From Aliiglaciecola sp. (GTDB taxonomy: Bacteria > Pseudomonadota > Gammaproteobacteria > Enterobacterales > Alteromonadaceae), in NCBI GenBank assembly GCA_028356795.1, contig JAOMVH010000002.1:4638-68637 (forward strand): a stretch of DNA of 64,000 bases, in the 5' to 3' direction. Of this stretch, positions 30,678 through 42,452 are shown in pieces (positions within the stretch are counted from its first letter, which is position 1; the number at the start of each line of letters is the position of its first letter). The position numbers and the translations under genes are program-made. The notes beneath the pieces were generated by a model that searched no databases, had not been told where the DNA came from, and saw only the letters and a list, made by a program, of their open reading frames with translations.

Positions 30678-33521
30678 ATGGACAAAATAGAAGTTAGGGG
30701 TGCTCGCACCCACAATCTGAAAAATATCAATGTCACCTTGCCTCGAGACAAACTAATCGTCATTACTGGCTTGTCAGGGTCGGGGAAATCGTCTCTTGCA
30801 TTTGATACCTTGTACGCCGAAGGGCAGCGCCGCTATGTTGAATCGCTGTCGGCCTACGCGAGACAGTTTCTATCAATGATGGAGAAACCCGATGTCGACC
30901 ACATTGAAGGTTTGTCTCCGGCTATTTCCATTGAACAAAAGTCAACCTCCCACAACCCAAGATCAACAGTGGGCACCATCACTGAGATATACGATTATCT
31001 GCGTCTTTTGTTTGCCAGAGTCGGCGAACCTCGCTGCCCAACCCACCAAGTTCCGTTAGCTGCCCAGACTGTTAGCCAAATGGTTGATCGCGTGCTGGAA
31101 ATGGAAGAAGGCACTAAGTTAATGTTACTCGCTCCCGTTGTTCAAGAACGCAAAGGCGAACATATTAAAACCTTGGAAGGACTGGCTGCCCAAGGGTTTA
31201 TTCGAGCGCGAATTGACGGAGAAGTCTGTGATTTGTCTGATCCCCCCGAACTAGATCTTCACAAGAAACACACAATAGAAGTCGTAGTAGACCGCTTCAA
31301 AGTGAGAGAAGATCTTGCGCTTCGCCTCTCCGAGTCTTTTGAAACTGCCTTGCAGTTATCTGCTGGCACCGCCAAAGTGGCTTTCATGGACGAGTCGGAT
31401 AAAGATGAATTGGTTTTCTCAGCTAATTTTGCTTGCCCTCATTGTGGCTACAGCATGTCTGAACTTGAACCTCGCTTATTCTCATTCAATAACCCAGCAG
31501 GTGCATGTCAAACCTGTGATGGACTAGGAACCAAACAGTTTTTTGACCCGACTAGAATTGTGAGCAATGATGAGTTGAGTCTGTCTGGTGGAGCAATACG
31601 AGGTTGGGATAAACGTAGCTACTATTATTTTCAAATGCTGCAAGCCGTTGCTGACCACTATGAGTTTAATCTCACCATGCCCTTTAGTGAGCTCGATAAA
31701 AAACACCAAGATGTGGTTTTATTTGGTAGCAAAGGGACACCGATTAAATTTAAATATATCAACGATCGTGGCGATATCATGGAGCGCAAACATCCGTTTG
31801 AGGGGATCATCCCGAATATGGAACGCCGCTACCGTGAAACTGAATCAAACGCTGTACGTGAAGAGCTAGCCAAATACTTGAGCCAACAACATTGTAATGC
31901 ATGTGATGGCGCTAGATTGAGACTAGAAGCAAGAAATGTCTTTTTAGAACAAACCACCTTGCCCACTATTACGCAAATGTCGATTGCTGAAGCATTGCAG
32001 TTCTTTGGCGAGCTATCGCTAAGTGGTCAACGAGCCCAAATTGCCGAGAAAATATTGAAGGAAATCAACGATAGACTTAGCTTCTTGGTCAATGTTGGTT
32101 TGAACTATCTTTCCATGTCTCGAAGTGCTGACACCCTATCTGGTGGTGAAGCTCAGCGTATTCGCTTAGCAAGTCAGATTGGTGCGGGCTTAGTGGGCGT
32201 AATGTACGTACTTGATGAGCCTTCTATTGGTTTGCACCAAAGAGACAACGAGCGATTGCTTAAAACGCTCCGCCATTTGCGCGATCTAGGCAATACAGTG
32301 ATCGTAGTTGAGCATGATGAAGATGCCATCAAAGAAGCTGACTACGTATTAGATATTGGCCCAGGAGCGGGTGTGCATGGCGGCCAAATTGTTGCTGAAG
32401 GAACACTCCAAGACATACTAGAAAGTGAAGACTCACTTACTGGTAAGTACCTATCTGGTAGAGAACGAATCGAAATACCTCAAGATCGAAACCCGATAAA
32501 AGACGATAAGTGGGTGAAGCTGTTTGGTGCCTCCGGAAACAATCTGCAAGACGTTGATTTGCACATTCCTATTGGTCTTATGACCTGTGTAACCGGTGTT
32601 TCGGGCTCAGGAAAATCAACATTAATTAACGACACCTTTTACAAGCTCGCTCACCATGCTCTTAATGGTGCGACAACGGGTGAGGCCGCTCCTCATAAAA
32701 GTATTGAAGGACTCGACCAACTCGACAAGGTGGTGGATATAGATCAGAGCCCAATTGGTCGTACTCCAAGATCAAACCCAGCGACTTACGCCGGAATTTT
32801 TACACCGATTCGAGAAATGTTTGCCGGTACCCAAGAAGCGCGCTCTCGTGGCTACAAGCCTGGCCGTTTTAGTTTTAACGTGAAAGGCGGTCGTTGTGAA
32901 GCTTGCCAAGGCGATGGGGTCATCAAGGTAGAAATGCACTTTTTGCCCGACGTATATGTGCCATGCGATGTGTGTAAAGGTAAGCGTTACAACCGCGAGA
33001 CCTTGGAAGTCACCTACAAAGGCAAGAACATCAATCAAGTCCTTGATATGACGGTGGAAGATGCCAGAGGCTTCTTTGACGCAATACCTGCGATATCGCG
33101 GAAATTGCAAACTCTGATGGATGTCGGTTTGTCGTATATTCGGCTGGGTCAGTCTGCGACTACTTTATCAGGTGGTGAGGCGCAGCGCGTTAAACTGGCC
33201 AAAGAGTTGTCCAAGCGGGATACCGGGCAGACTTTGTATATTTTGGATGAACCAACAACTGGATTGCACTTCCACGACATTAAACAACTGCTACAAGTAC
33301 TGCATAGGCTGCGTGACCATGGCAATACTGTGGTCGTCATTGAGCACAACCTTGATGTTGTAAAAACAGCAGATTGGATTGTTGATTTAGGGCCTGAAGG
33401 TGGCTCTGGTGGTGGGCAAATTATCGCACAAGGAACCCCTGAAGATGTTTGCAAGAGTAAGACTTCCCACACCGCGCACTTTTTAAAACCGATTTTAGAC
33501 AACGCAAAACGAAGTGATTAA
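30678..33521 (+). CDS. uvrA: Excinuclease ABC subunit A
   Basis: Two GxSGSGKS Walker A, two LSGGEAQR, zinc fingers; 947 aa. Confidence 0.99.
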   Translation: MDKIEVRGARTHNLKNINVTLPRDKLIVITGLSGSGKSSLAFDTLYAEGQRRYVESLSAYARQFLSMMEKPDVDHIEGLSPAISIEQKSTSHNPRSTVGTITEIYDYLRLLFARVGEPRCPTHQVPLAAQTVSQMVDRVLEMEEGTKLMLLAPVVQERKGEHIKTLEGLAAQGFIRARIDGEVCDLSDPPELDLHKKHTIEVVVDRFKVREDLALRLSESFETALQLSAGTAKVAFMDESDKDELVFSANFACPHCGYSMSELEPRLFSFNNPAGACQTCDGLGTKQFFDPTRIVSNDELSLSGGAIRGWDKRSYYYFQMLQAVADHYEFNLTMPFSELDKKHQDVVLFGSKGTPIKFKYINDRGDIMERKHPFEGIIPNMERRYRETESNAVREELAKYLSQQHCNACDGARLRLEARNVFLEQTTLPTITQMSIAEALQFFGELSLSGQRAQIAEKILKEINDRLSFLVNVGLNYLSMSRSADTLSGGEAQRIRLASQIGAGLVGVMYVLDEPSIGLHQRDNERLLKTLRHLRDLGNTVIVVEHDEDAIKEADYVLDIGPGAGVHGGQIVAEGTLQDILESEDSLTGKYLSGRERIEIPQDRNPIKDDKWVKLFGASGNNLQDVDLHIPIGLMTCVTGVSGSGKSTLINDTFYKLAHHALNGATTGEAAPHKSIEGLDQLDKVVDIDQSPIGRTPRSNPATYAGIFTPIREMFAGTQEARSRGYKPGRFSFNVKGGRCEACQGDGVIKVEMHFLPDVYVPCDVCKGKRYNRETLEVTYKGKNINQVLDMTVEDARGFFDAIPAISRKLQTLMDVGLSYIRLGQSATTLSGGEAQRVKLAKELSKRDTGQTLYILDEPTTGLHFHDIKQLLQVLHRLRDHGNTVVVIEHNLDVVKTADWIVDLGPEGGSGGGQIIAQGTPEDVCKSKTSHTAHFLKPILDNAKRSD

Positions 33522-33523
33522 AA

Positions 33524-33928
33524 ATGTTAACTGAAAACTTTAACGTTCGATTTTATGAAACTGATGGGCTAGCTCATGTCAGCAATACCGTCGTTGTGGG
33601 CTGGTTTGAAACTGGTCGTGAGCCGATATTTAAAATGTTCACACCTGAGCTTGATCTAGCTAACTGGCCCTTGATCCTGGCCAGTTACAAAGTCGACTTT
33701 CTTAGCCAGATATATTATGGCAAGCCAGTCGAAATACGCACTTATATCAGCCGTATCGGCAACAGTTCGTTTGAAACTTACCAAGAGGTTTGGCAACAAG
33801 ACAAGAAATGTGCAAGTGGTTCTACAACCCTAGTTCGATATGATTTCGCAACCGAAAAAGCAGTGGCGATAAGCGACGATATAAAAGCGCAGCTAGCGCT
33901 GCATACGCTTCCTGAAGATGCAAATTAG
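33524..33928 (+). CDS. 4HBT-family acyl-CoA thioesterase
   Basis: VRFYETDGLAHVSN hotdog motif. Confidence 0.85.
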   Translation: MLTENFNVRFYETDGLAHVSNTVVVGWFETGREPIFKMFTPELDLANWPLILASYKVDFLSQIYYGKPVEIRTYISRIGNSSFETYQEVWQQDKKCASGSTTLVRYDFATEKAVAISDDIKAQLALHTLPEDAN

Positions 33929-33936
33929 GCAGGCTT

Positions 33937-34632
33937 ATGACTGACTTTATTGAGGTAATTGATAACGCGATCCCCGAAGACTTGTGTAAAGCCTTTATTT
34001 CTCGTTTTGAACAAAGCAAGAACACCAGTGTAGGTCGCACTGGTGGTGGCGTTGATGTGGATAAAAAACGTAGTTTGGATGTGTCTATCGCTCAACATCC
34101 TGAATTTAAGGCCCAATACCAACAGCTTCTTCCACACCTATCAGCGCAATTGATGGCGTATTTCGAAAAGTATTTCTTTGCACTTATAGGCCCCATTGGT
34201 TTAACCGTTGCCGATCCAAAAACAGGACAGCCAGTTAAACTGACACAAGAAAATTTTGAAGAAATAGGTAAACCAAACCTACAAAATCTAGTGCAGTATC
34301 TATTTCGAATTGGCGATATCAACGCACAGAAATATGATGCAGGGAAAGGCGGTTATCCTTACTGGCATTCTGAGGTATACCCTGAAGCAAGACACAACGA
34401 TGCGTTGCATCGTATTTTATTATTTATGTTTTATCTAAATGACGTGGATGAAGGCGGCACTACAGACTTTTATTATCAAAACAAGTCTGTGCAACCCAAA
34501 GCGGGAACTATGGTGATTGCACCTGCCTATTTTACTCATACCCACCGGGGTTCGGTGCCGGTATCTAATGATAAATACATACTCACATCATGGGTTTTAT
34601 TTAATCAAGCAGATAAAATTTACACAGGTTAA
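33937..34632 (+). CDS. 2OG-Fe(II) oxygenase (prolyl-hydroxylase-like)
   Basis: WHSE...YLNDVDEGG...HTHRG...KYILTSW. Confidence 0.85.
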   Translation: MTDFIEVIDNAIPEDLCKAFISRFEQSKNTSVGRTGGGVDVDKKRSLDVSIAQHPEFKAQYQQLLPHLSAQLMAYFEKYFFALIGPIGLTVADPKTGQPVKLTQENFEEIGKPNLQNLVQYLFRIGDINAQKYDAGKGGYPYWHSEVYPEARHNDALHRILLFMFYLNDVDEGGTTDFYYQNKSVQPKAGTMVIAPAYFTHTHRGSVPVSNDKYILTSWVLFNQADKIYTG

Positions 34633-34672
34633 AAACTCGCTTTGTCGCTCTCATTTCGAATCCCACAAAACC

Positions 34673-34702
34673 AAAAAACGCGACCTAATAAGTCGCGTTT
34701 TT
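34673..34702. terminator. Bidirectional terminator
   Basis: AAAAAACGCGAC-ctaataa-GTCGCGTTTTT between convergent genes. Confidence 0.85.
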
Positions 34703-34740
34703 AGTTTGCACAGCGTTTACTATGCCGAGTTGGGATTGGT

Positions 34741-36360
34741 TTAGACTTTAAACTGTTTCGTTATCGCTTCCAGATATTGTGCCAACTGAGCTAACTCACC
34801 ACTAACCGATGCCAGTTTACCTGAACTCGAAGATGTTTCTGAGGTGCGATGATGAATTTCATCGACATTAGAAGAAATCGTATCTGCCACTTTTTGCTGC
34901 TCACCCGTAGATGCTGCAATTTGATCGTTCATAGCGGTAATTTTACTGATCGTATCCGTGATCACATCCAAACTAGCGCCAGCCTTGTTGGCAGTTTCAA
35001 CACTTTCACTTGCTTGTTCGGTGCCTTTTGACATCACGCTTACTGCAGATCTTGCAGCACCTTGCAATTGCTCAATGGTAGACTGGATTTCCTCTGTGGA
35101 TTGCTGAGTTCTAGAAGCCAGGGTTCTAACTTCGTCAGCAACCACTGCAAAGCCTCGTCCTTGCTCACCTGCACGAGCCGCTTCAATTGCAGCGTTAAGT
35201 GCCAATAAATTAGTTTGCTCGGCAATTCCTTTAATCACATCAAGCACCACACCTACTTGGTTAGAATCAGCCTCAAGTTTACTGATCACTTCTGCCGTTT
35301 CTTCAACATTTGCAGCCAGCTGCTGAATGCTTTGTACAGTATGATTCACAACATTTTGACCATCACTAGCAGCGCTAGAGGCATCTCCCGCAGCGGATGC
35401 AGCTTCAGCTGCGCTTGTTGCAACGGCAGTAACACTTTGGGTCATATTATCCACTGCCTCTTTAGCTTGAATAGCAGCAGATTGTTGGACCGAAATCGTT
35501 TTGTTGGTATCGTCAGTTAATTGATTCAAGTTTTGCGCAAGTTCAAAAAGAGGTTGCGATGAATTGACGATGTCTTTTACTACCCCTTGTAATTTTTGCA
35601 TAAACTGATTAAACCAATGCACTAGATCACCGATTTCATCTTCACAATGGGTTTCAATACGAACCGTTAGATCGCCATCTTCTTGGGCGATATCTTTTAG
35701 GGAATGTACTACTTTTACAATACTGTCCTTAATACCTTTAACAATGGGAAATGCCACAGCGAACAACACAATGGTGGTCACCACACACATTATCACACCA
35801 ATTGTGATGGCAAGTTGTGCACTTGAGTTGGCATCACTGATAGCGCCTTTAAAGCCATCAAGACGGTCACTTTCAAACGCCTGCAATGCACCAGTAGCAT
35901 CGTCATAATTGGAGTTCATCTTAGTGGACAATTCCCCCAACTTTGAAAAATCAGCGGTTTGATTGATCATTGACTGAGACACATCAAAAGCGAGATCATA
36001 ATAGGCATTGAAGTCGGCTAAAATTTTATTGGCTTCTGCCCCTAAAGAAGCATCCAATGAGTTGAGCTCTTTGAGTGAACTACGCGCTTCTTGTGCATAT
36101 TGTTTGGCTAGCTCCAAGGTTTCTTCATCACCCGTAGTCACAGCACTGGAAAGGGTATCTCTCACTTTTTCAATATTGACTAGCGCTTTACTTGATGAGC
36201 GAAGCGCTGGGAATTCGACTTCACTGGCATTCTCTAGTATTGACACATTGTTTAACGACACCATAGTCGAAATGGCCAAATACAACACAAATCCAAACGT
36301 TGCTATTGATGGAATAATATAAATTTTAGTTGCGATTGGCATTTTTGAGAGAAAGTTCAT
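34741..36360 (-). CDS. Methyl-accepting chemotaxis protein
   Basis: 2 TM, HAMP (GDLT..DEIG), [34 protein letters not shown]. Confidence 0.97.
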   Translation of the reverse strand: MNFLSKMPIATKIYIIPSIATFGFVLYLAISTMVSLNNVSILENASEVEFPALRSSSKALVNIEKVRDTLSSAVTTGDEETLELAKQYAQEARSSLKELNSLDASLGAEANKILADFNAYYDLAFDVSQSMINQTADFSKLGELSTKMNSNYDDATGALQAFESDRLDGFKGAISDANSSAQLAITIGVIMCVVTTIVLFAVAFPIVKGIKDSIVKVVHSLKDIAQEDGDLTVRIETHCEDEIGDLVHWFNQFMQKLQGVVKDIVNSSQPLFELAQNLNQLTDDTNKTISVQQSAAIQAKEAVDNMTQSVTAVATSAAEAASAAGDASSAASDGQNVVNHTVQSIQQLAANVEETAEVISKLEADSNQVGVVLDVIKGIAEQTNLLALNAAIEAARAGEQGRGFAVVADEVRTLASRTQQSTEEIQSTIEQLQGAARSAVSVMSKGTEQASESVETANKAGASLDVITDTISKITAMNDQIAASTGEQQKVADTISSNVDEIHHRTSETSSSSGKLASVSGELAQLAQYLEAITKQFKV

Positions 36361-36520
36361 TGCTTCACCTTGTTACTTCAATATACATATCAAATAACAC
36401 CATTGAATTTTATAGTGTTTTATTAGTAAGCACTTTGGAGTATAGACAAAAATACAAAGTTGACATGGTAAGCTTGAAATTTTGTGTGTTGCTCAAAAAA
36501 TTTGATTGAGCTCGATACCA

Positions 36521-36982
36521 CTACCCATCATAGGGCAAAATCTTTTCTCCCAGTAGTGTATAGCCGACGCTTGCGAGATCGCCATTCCAACCTTCGGTTG
36601 AAAGTGTTCCCACCACCCAAATCACGTCGGACAAGCTCACCGTTGGCACGCCTTCTGGGATTTTCACATAGACGATTTGGTTTGGTGGTGGAGGCGGCAC
36701 ATGAATGCACGCACCAAAATAAGGAACCAGCAAAAACTCAGTAATTTTATCCTGGTCGCCTTCAATGGGTACCACAAAACCCGGAATTTTAACTTGTTTA
36801 TCGTTAAATTTTGTCACAACGGGTGCATCAAGATTTTGTTGAGCCATCTCGAAACCATGTTGTATGTCAGTAGGCGGCGGTATGTATCCTTTTGGGATCA
36901 AGTCTTCCCAGAACACCTCTGTAGGCTCTGCTTGAACGGCAATGGCAAAACACCAAAGTATCAAAAGAAAAAACGGTCGCAT
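36521..36982 (-). CDS. DUF3299 exported protein
   Basis: WEDLIP, IPGFVVP, EFLLVPYFGACIHVPPPPPNQ. Confidence 0.88.
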   Translation of the reverse strand: MRPFFLLILWCFAIAVQAEPTEVFWEDLIPKGYIPPPTDIQHGFEMAQQNLDAPVVTKFNDKQVKIPGFVVPIEGDQDKITEFLLVPYFGACIHVPPPPPNQIVYVKIPEGVPTVSLSDVIWVVGTLSTEGWNGDLASVGYTLLGEKILPYDG

Positions 36983-37008
36983 AACGTCATGGTCCTTAAA
37001 AAGTAGAT

Positions 37009-38230
37009 TTAGCTGATTGCTGATTGCTGATTCATCCAAGCCAACGGATTGATCCTAACTTCATTACCTTGCCCAGGGGATAAAGGAATGTTTAATGCTA
37101 GCAGCAAAGAACAGACGGCAAAACCAGCACCAATGAAAAATACCAGACTTGCAGAGTAAATCCATACAATACCTAACAAAGCTGGAATAACCACTGCAGC
37201 AATATGATTAATGGTAAAACTTACTCCTGCAGTAGCAGCGATATCTTTTGGATCGGCTATCTTTTGCAAATAGGTTTTCATGGCAATAGCCATAGCAAAG
37301 AACAGATGATCGATAACATACAATGCCGCTGCCCAATATGGATTAGTAACCATTGCATAGCTAACAAATACCGATATGAGCCCAATGTATTCAATGGTTA
37401 AGGCTCTTTGCTCCCCTACTCGTGAAATCCAACGACCAATCTTGGCGGCAAAGAGCAAATTAAAAACGTAATTGATCATAAACAACAAACTAATTTCACC
37501 CACAGAATAGCCAAATTTCTCGACCATCATAAAGGATGCAAACACCATAAAGATTTGTCGCCGGGCACCGCTGAAGAAGGTCAAAGCGTAATAAAGCCAA
37601 TAGCGTTTGCGCATTAACAACTTTTTATGTTGGGTTGAGGGGGCCTTAAATTGCACAAAGAAAATCCACATCAGCACGATGATCACAAAGGCTAGGCCAC
37701 CAGATAAAAGATACATAGATTGGTAGTCAATACCGAAGATATCCATAAGTAGCCAAATAGCACCAAACGCAAAAAGTGAGGCAAAACTTTTCATAGCAAG
37801 TTGCTGCCCCATGAAGTGTGCCGTTTTATCTTTTGGCAGCCACTGTAGGGTTAACGATTGATTTACCGTTTCAAAATCAGTGAAAGCCAATTGACATCAA
37901 AACTGTGGTGCAATAAAGGCCAATTTCAAAAGGAAAAAAACCAGTTAGTGCGACACCAATACTAGTCACTGCCAAGGCCAGTAAGGCCAGCGTTTGTTCC
38001 TTAACGACCAGCAACAAAAAAACGGCGGTAAAGGCCAAGAAACCCGGTATTTCACGAAGGCTTTGCAATATCCCAATCTCAATACCTGTGAAGTTGGCTT
38101 TTTCGATAACAAAGTTGTTTAGCAGTGCCATCCAAACGGAGAATACCAGTGGCATGACAAACGCCATGCTTAGTAAAAGGTATTTGGGATTATTGCGTGC
38201 CTGGGAAAAGTTCATTGGCTCTCGTGTCAT
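37009..38230 (-). pseudogene. MFS transporter split by a +1 insertion (or sequencing error)
   Basis: Two ORFs join as SIGFH-Y-FETVNQSL if one base (37878) is removed: CAC TGA TTT TGA becomes CAC TAT TTT GAA. Confidence 0.8.
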
Positions 38231-38365
38231 TCAAGCGGGTTGCCATTGTAACGCAATTGATTAGATACGTCTTTGTCAGACAAACCATGAGACAGATTTG
38301 GATATTTAATTTTGTATAGAAATAAAACGGTAAACTTTCGTCGTTTTAATTTCCGGTAAGCTGAT

Positions 38366-38399
38366 AAAAAAAGGGGCTAAACCAAAATGTTAGCCCCTT
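38366..38399 (-). terminator. Intrinsic terminator of ppa
   Basis: AAGGGGCTAA...TTAGCCCCTT with upstream A-run. Confidence 0.8.
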
Positions 38400-38424
38400 G
38401 TTTAAATTGATTTTACCAAGATTT

Positions 38425-38973
38425 TTAGAATGCTGGTTTTTCTTCAGACTCTTCGTATAGCTTGACGCTATTTGTAATCTCGGCTTTTGCATCGTCGCTG
38501 TTGCCCCAACCTTCGATCTTAACCCATTTATTTGGCTCTAGGTCTTTGTAGTGTTGGAAGAAATGTTCGATTTGTTGCTTGGTTAACTCTGGTACCTGAT
38601 CAATTTCTGTAATACCACGATAAATCGTTGATAATTTGTCAGCAGGCACAGCCAATACTTTGGCATCTTCACCTGATTCATCGGTCATTTTCAAAACACC
38701 CACTGGACGACAACGGATAACTGAACCAGCCATCAACGGAAATGGGGTTAAAACCAACACATCAACTGGGTCACCGTCTAGTGATAATGTGTGAGGCACA
38801 TACCCATAGTTGGTCGGATAGTGCATACACGTTGCCATGAAACGATCGACAAAAATCGCACCAGATTCTTTATCAACTTCGTATTTAACAGGGTCTGCAT
38901 GGGCTGGAATTTCAATAATAACATTGATTTCTTCTGGCAGATTCTTGCCTGCTGGAACGGCGTTTAAGCTCAT
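38425..38973 (-). CDS. ppa: Soluble family I inorganic pyrophosphatase
   Basis: [27 protein letters not shown]. Confidence 0.98.
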   Translation of the reverse strand: MSLNAVPAGKNLPEEINVIIEIPAHADPVKYEVDKESGAIFVDRFMATCMHYPTNYGYVPHTLSLDGDPVDVLVLTPFPLMAGSVIRCRPVGVLKMTDESGEDAKVLAVPADKLSTIYRGITEIDQVPELTKQQIEHFFQHYKDLEPNKWVKIEGWGNSDDAKAEITNSVKLYEESEEKPAF

Positions 38974-39310
38974 AGTAATACCTATAGAATGTAATTAACG
39001 GGAATGTTGCGAATTATAAAGACTTAAGCGCTAAGATGAAATCGCTACCTTGGTCTTATTGGTGAGTTTTTGCCTAATATGCTGAATTAATCATCAAAAG
39101 CTTGAAATTGAGGGCAGAAGGTCGCTATAGTCTCTGTCAGATGTAAAAAATATGTTAACAAAACAATAATGTAACAGACTTTTTGGTCTCACAACCTCAA
39201 ACACGTTACTCAATAAAAACATCGCAAAGCGTGTTCAGTCGATATAACAATTTAAATAATTGGCTGATTTTGTCGCCCTTTGTGTCATAGCCACTCACTT
39301 TGGGGAAATT

Positions 39311-41314
39311 ATGACCGACCTTTTCTATATACCACCCGCATTAGGCCTATTGGGCCTTGTTTTTGCCTTAGTTATCTATTTTGTAATTAAGAAGTATCCT
39401 GTCAGCAATCCAACCATTAAAAAAATTGCTGATATGATCCATTTAGGTGCCATGGTATTCATGCACCGCGAATACAAAATGCTCATTATGTTTGCCATAG
39501 TCGTGGGGGTTGCTTTGTTTTTCTCCCTCGGCACACAAACCACTATCGCATTTACTGCTGGCGCTGTTTGCTCAGCGGTTGCAGGCTATATTGGTATGTT
39601 TACCGCGACACAAGCCAATGTTAGAACCACTCAAGCTGCTCATGATAAGGGCGCACCGGAAGCCCTGTCAGTGGCATTTTTAGGTGGCTCAGTGATGGGA
39701 CTGTGTGTTGCTTCAATGGGATTGCTTGGTTTAGGCAGCCTGTATTGGTACTTTGGTGGCGACCCCGAAACTGCCCACGCCATCCATGGATTTGGTATGG
39801 GCGCATCGATTGTTGCTCTGTTTTCCCGTGTCGGCGGCGGTATATTTACTAAAAGTGCCGATGTCGGTGCTGACTTAGTGGGTAAAATCGAAGCAGGCAT
39901 CCCAGAGGATGACCCAAGAAACCCAGGCGTTATTGCCGATAATGTAGGTGATAACGTAGGTGATGTTGCCGGTATGGGTTCTGATATTTTTGAATCTTAT
40001 TGCGGCTCAATGATCGCTACCATCGCGATTGCTTCAACCATGGTGGTAGGGACCTTAGGTTCAAAAGAAGCTTTAATGTTTTTACCGCTTGCTCTGGCAT
40101 CTACCGGACTCTTGTGTTCAGTAGCAGGCATTTTGTTAGTTAAAGTGATGTCAGCGTCAAAACCAGAAACCGCATTGCGTGCCGGTACTATGGGAGCAGC
40201 GGTTATCTTTATCGCAGCAGCCTATTTTGTTATTGGACAATTGGAGGTCAGCACCAATGTGTGGTGGTCTGTTATCTCTGGTGCTGTAGGCGGTATCATC
40301 ATTGGTTTGGTTACTGAATATTACACCGCGGCGGCGCCCATTCGTAAAATTGCCAAAGCAGGAGAAACGGGCTCAGCGACGGTTATGATCACTGGTTTGT
40401 CAGTAGGTATGCAGTCGGTTGTTATCCCAGTATTAACCATTTGTTGCATCATCTATGTTTCTACCGAGCTTTCCGGCCTTTATGGCGTCGGCATAGCCGC
40501 TGTAGGTATGCTTGCAACTGTTGGAATCACCATGGCAATTGATGCTTATGGACCAGTTGCCGATAACGCTGGCGGGATTGCCGAAATGGGCGGCCTGGGT
40601 AAAGAAACGAGAGAAATTACTGATTCACTGGATGAGCTAGGCAATACCACAGCCGCCATTGGTAAAGGCTTTGCAATTGGTGCAGCTGCACTAGCGGCGT
40701 TGGCCATTATAGCGGCGTTTGTTGAAACTCTGACTGGCAAGTTTGGCGAATTCACTCTGCATTTGGGTGATCCACTTGTATTAGTTGGCTTGTTCATTGG
40801 AGGCATTCTACCTTTCTTAATTGCCTCAATTACGATGACAGCAGTTGGTGATGCCGCGTTTGAAATGATCCAAGAAATTCGACGCCAATTTAAAGAAATA
40901 AAAGGCCTAATGGAAGGTGAAGCGGACCCAGACACTGGCCGCTGCGTTGACATTGCAACCTCGGCAGCACTCAAGAAAATGATCCTGCCAGGAGCGATTG
41001 CTGTGGCTGTACCGCCGATTGTTGGCTTTGGCCTTGGCGCACATGCACTAGGAGGCATGTTAGGTGGTGCTCTGTTGGGTTGTGTATTGTTAGCCCTGAT
41101 GATGGCAAACGCTGGTGGTGCTTGGGACAACGCTAAAAAGTATGTGGAGAAAGGTAATCTTGGCGGCAAAGGATCCGACACCCACGCAGCTGTTGTTGTT
41201 GGCGATACCGTAGGTGACCCGTTTAAAGATACCTCAGGCCCCTCAATGAATATCCTCATTAACGTGATGGCGATTGTAAGTTTGGTAATTGCGCCCCTGC
41301 TAACCAGTTACTAA
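39311..41314 (+). CDS. hppA: Membrane-integral pyrophosphatase, probably K+-dependent and Na+-translocating
   Basis: [52 protein letters not shown]. Confidence 0.95.
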   Translation: MTDLFYIPPALGLLGLVFALVIYFVIKKYPVSNPTIKKIADMIHLGAMVFMHREYKMLIMFAIVVGVALFFSLGTQTTIAFTAGAVCSAVAGYIGMFTATQANVRTTQAAHDKGAPEALSVAFLGGSVMGLCVASMGLLGLGSLYWYFGGDPETAHAIHGFGMGASIVALFSRVGGGIFTKSADVGADLVGKIEAGIPEDDPRNPGVIADNVGDNVGDVAGMGSDIFESYCGSMIATIAIASTMVVGTLGSKEALMFLPLALASTGLLCSVAGILLVKVMSASKPETALRAGTMGAAVIFIAAAYFVIGQLEVSTNVWWSVISGAVGGIIIGLVTEYYTAAAPIRKIAKAGETGSATVMITGLSVGMQSVVIPVLTICCIIYVSTELSGLYGVGIAAVGMLATVGITMAIDAYGPVADNAGGIAEMGGLGKETREITDSLDELGNTTAAIGKGFAIGAAALAALAIIAAFVETLTGKFGEFTLHLGDPLVLVGLFIGGILPFLIASITMTAVGDAAFEMIQEIRRQFKEIKGLMEGEADPDTGRCVDIATSAALKKMILPGAIAVAVPPIVGFGLGAHALGGMLGGALLGCVLLALMMANAGGAWDNAKKYVEKGNLGGKGSDTHAAVVVGDTVGDPFKDTSGPSMNILINVMAIVSLVIAPLLTSY

Positions 41315-41333
41315 TAGGTTGTTTCAAAAAGAT

Positions 41334-41360
41334 AAGGCCACACTGAGTGTGGCCTTTTTT
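41334..41360 (+). terminator. Intrinsic terminator of hppA
   Basis: AAGGCCACAC-tga-GTGTGGCCTT-TTTT. Confidence 0.9.
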
Positions 41361-41424
41361 GATTGTGGTCACGCTAGATTTTAGGCTAATGCCAACATAA
41401 GAGTGCTGGCATTGCCTGTTTGTT

Positions 41425-42258
41425 TTAAAAACGATAAACGAAGTTAAAGCCAACAGCATTTTGCATGTCATCGTCGGTCAAAGGGCTATCTGCAATTGCA
41501 TCAGGCACTTTGGCTAAGTTGGCATACAACTCAAATCGCCAATTTTCAGTGATGTCATAACTGGCACCAACTTGCGCACTGAGCACAACGCCGGAATCTG
41601 CGGTATAAGCTGCAAACCCCTCACCATCAAGTAGCGGATCTGTTCCGTAAAAATGCTCTAAAATTTCTTCAGAAAAATACTCTGCTCCAAGGTTGGCGTG
41701 CAAGTCCCAGTCGTTGTAGCGCCATTGCTTACCATACCAGACACCTGCATACACACCATCATCGCCATGACTTACACTTTTAGGAGACACGATGAAACGC
41801 AATTGTGCGTTGTCGAAGTATCGAGTAGCTCGCAAACCTAACCTTCCGTCACCCTCTCGTTCGCGAATACCTTTTAATGCATCATTATCTTCGTCACTGA
41901 TTTGTGGATGTGACATGTGTAGTAGCGCATCAATTTCCCAGTTATTGTTTTCGTAAAAATTATAGCCAATTCCAACTCCGCGCTGACCGAGTTTTCCCGT
42001 TTCAAGGAAGAGGTTATCCCAACGATAACCAAAACGTGGGTGTATGTTTAAATACACATCGTCGTCTTCTGTTTTTAATACGCTCTCACCAATACCTACA
42101 CCAAATGCAACATCAAAATAGCCTGCATTTTTTGGCATAGGAGCATAAATATCATCGTTGTGCTCTTCGTCGGCCAGGACATTGGATGACATTCCAATTG
42201 TACTTAACACACTGATGACTAGGGCACTGCATAATTTTTTATTGAATGATTTTTTCAT
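41425..42258 (-). CDS. MipA/OmpV-family outer-membrane protein
   Basis: Signal peptide, FYGT, IADSPL, C-terminal VYRF beta-signal. Confidence 0.85.
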   Translation of the reverse strand: MKKSFNKKLCSALVISVLSTIGMSSNVLADEEHNDDIYAPMPKNAGYFDVAFGVGIGESVLKTEDDDVYLNIHPRFGYRWDNLFLETGKLGQRGVGIGYNFYENNNWEIDALLHMSHPQISDEDNDALKGIREREGDGRLGLRATRYFDNAQLRFIVSPKSVSHGDDGVYAGVWYGKQWRYNDWDLHANLGAEYFSEEILEHFYGTDPLLDGEGFAAYTADSGVVLSAQVGASYDITENWRFELYANLAKVPDAIADSPLTDDDMQNAVGFNFVYRF

Positions 42259-42452
42259 TTGTCTTTCCTTTAATTAACTAGATTGTATGTGTTAATTAAA
42301 CGCCAGGAAAAATGTACGGTCTGTGTAGCTTTGTGATGCAATTGTCGTCAAATGCAAGATTTTGTAGTGGGATGTTGCAAACTGTATCTAAGGCAGTGGC
42401 AAAAATAAGAGATGAACAGCGAGGGCTAATAAATTAGCCCTCAATGTATTTT

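Noticed and set aside
39121-39180. Pho-box-like words upstream of hppA
   Set aside because: CTGTCAG has no partner at 11-bp spacing; too weak.
40546-41259. 237-aa antisense ORF inside hppA
   Set aside because: Codon-mirror of an Ala/Gly-rich membrane gene; no motifs or RBS.
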